A stretch of DNA of 64,000 bases from Flavobacteriales bacterium (GTDB lineage: Bacteria; Bacteroidota; Bacteroidia; Flavobacteriales_F; PHOS-HE28). Made by a program: the position numbers and the translations under genes. The stretch lies in contig JBGAJW010000021.1 of assembly GCA_044224725.1 (NCBI GenBank), positions 6,644 through 70,643 on the forward strand. Direction: 5' to 3'. Positions 63,585-64,000 of the stretch are shown piece after piece; position 1 is the stretch's first letter, and each line of letters begins with the position of its first letter. The notes below the pieces were generated by a model. That model searched no databases, was not told the origin of the DNA, and saw only the letters and a list, made by a program, of their open reading frames with translations.

Positions 63585-64000
63585 ATGGACACGACTATCC
63601 CCGTGCACCGCTCACATTCGGCTCCCATCATGGGCTATGTGCCGGCTGAAGCCCACTATGGAAAGCTGACCTATGTGGAGCTGCAGGCCTTCGATCCAGT
63701 GGTGGGAAGGCTGCGAGCGAAACGATACAAGCTCAACCGGATCAAGGGCATGGCGCAGCGAAAGCTGTATGCCCGAGACTTGGCGTTCAAGCTGAACATG
63801 ATGCTGCGTGAGGGATGGAACCCTTGGGTAAAGGGGCGCTCACCGCTCACCGACTCCGAAGGGGCCTTGTCGTATCCCAACAGCCATGAGCCACGCGTGA
63901 GTGAGCACCTGCCAGCGGATGCCGTCAGCATGGAGAAGGTTCTGGAACTGTGGACAGCTGAGAAGAAGAGGACACGGTTCAGCTCACCCCACAACTACAT
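63585..64000 (+). CDS. Tyrosine-type site-specific integrase, N-terminal part (runs off the window)
   Basis: Absent from the ORF track (no stop in the window). My translation is MDTTIPVHRSHSAPIMGYVPAEAHYGKLTYVELQAFDPVVGRLRAKRYKLNRIKGMAQRKLYARDLAFKLNMMLREGWNPWVKG... The Y.E...DP..G...R.R.KLN.I....R..A..L...LN..L..GWNPW pattern is the Arm/N-terminal region of Bacteroidota integrases. Confidence 0.72.
   Translation, partial: MDTTIPVHRSHSAPIMGYVPAEAHYGKLTYVELQAFDPVVGRLRAKRYKLNRIKGMAQRKLYARDLAFKLNMMLREGWNPWVKGRSPLTDSEGALSYPNSHEPRVSEHLPADAVSMEKVLELWTAEKKRTRFSSPHNY

Larger units (their letters stand above)
63466..64000 (+). mobile_element. Probable left edge of an integrated element (tRNA-Val-associated integrase module)
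   Basis: The integrase gene starts 120 nt downstream of the tRNA 3' end, in the same orientation. The far end and the att duplication lie outside the window. Confidence 0.45.

Overview
GC-rich (roughly 60% by eye) chromosomal segment of a Bacteroidota-type genome. The lineage call rests on four type-A T9SS C-terminal sorting domains, one gliding-type (type-B) CTD, LolA-like, OmpA and TonB-receptor genes, and TAnnTTTG-like promoter boxes. I support about 60 densely packed protein genes, many with ATGA/GTGA/TGATG stop-start overlaps, plus one tRNA-Val(GAC). I found no rRNA and no CRISPR array. Many long ORFs in the supplied track are antisense shadows typical of high-GC DNA, and several true genes start well inside the listed ORF; I re-derived those starts from signal peptides and codon usage. 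Housekeeping anchors are TerC (partial), iaaA, kup, ftsK, zapA, rny and msrB.

Main points of interest:
1. A complete Dlt-type carrier-protein-dependent aminoacylation cassette in the order dltC-dltD-dltX-dltB-dltA (50225-54589). It includes a 49-aa DltX-like peptide ending FVYQQF. The organism evidently has an outer membrane and should lack teichoic acids.
2. A 600-bp divergent intergenic region (36421-37021) holding a strictly 21-bp-phased array of the palindrome CTTGTACAAG. It coincides with a high-GC3 frame interrupted by one in-frame TGA.
3. An 86-bp compound inverted repeat built from four CAAGCTTCAAG units upstream of ftsK.
4. tRNA-Val followed by an AT-rich hairpin and a Bacteroidota-type tyrosine integrase running off the window. 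This is probably the edge of an integrated element. It is preceded by a 586-bp lower-GC gene-free stretch with a 28-bp perfect palindrome.
5. A tightly coupled LemA-TPM-TPM-DjlA(TerB+J) block followed by an HTTM protein.
6. A bacterial SET-domain protein, a cluster of T9SS cargo genes, and a type-B CTD protein with no PorP/SprF partner.

All family calls come from motif recognition by eye. No database search was run.
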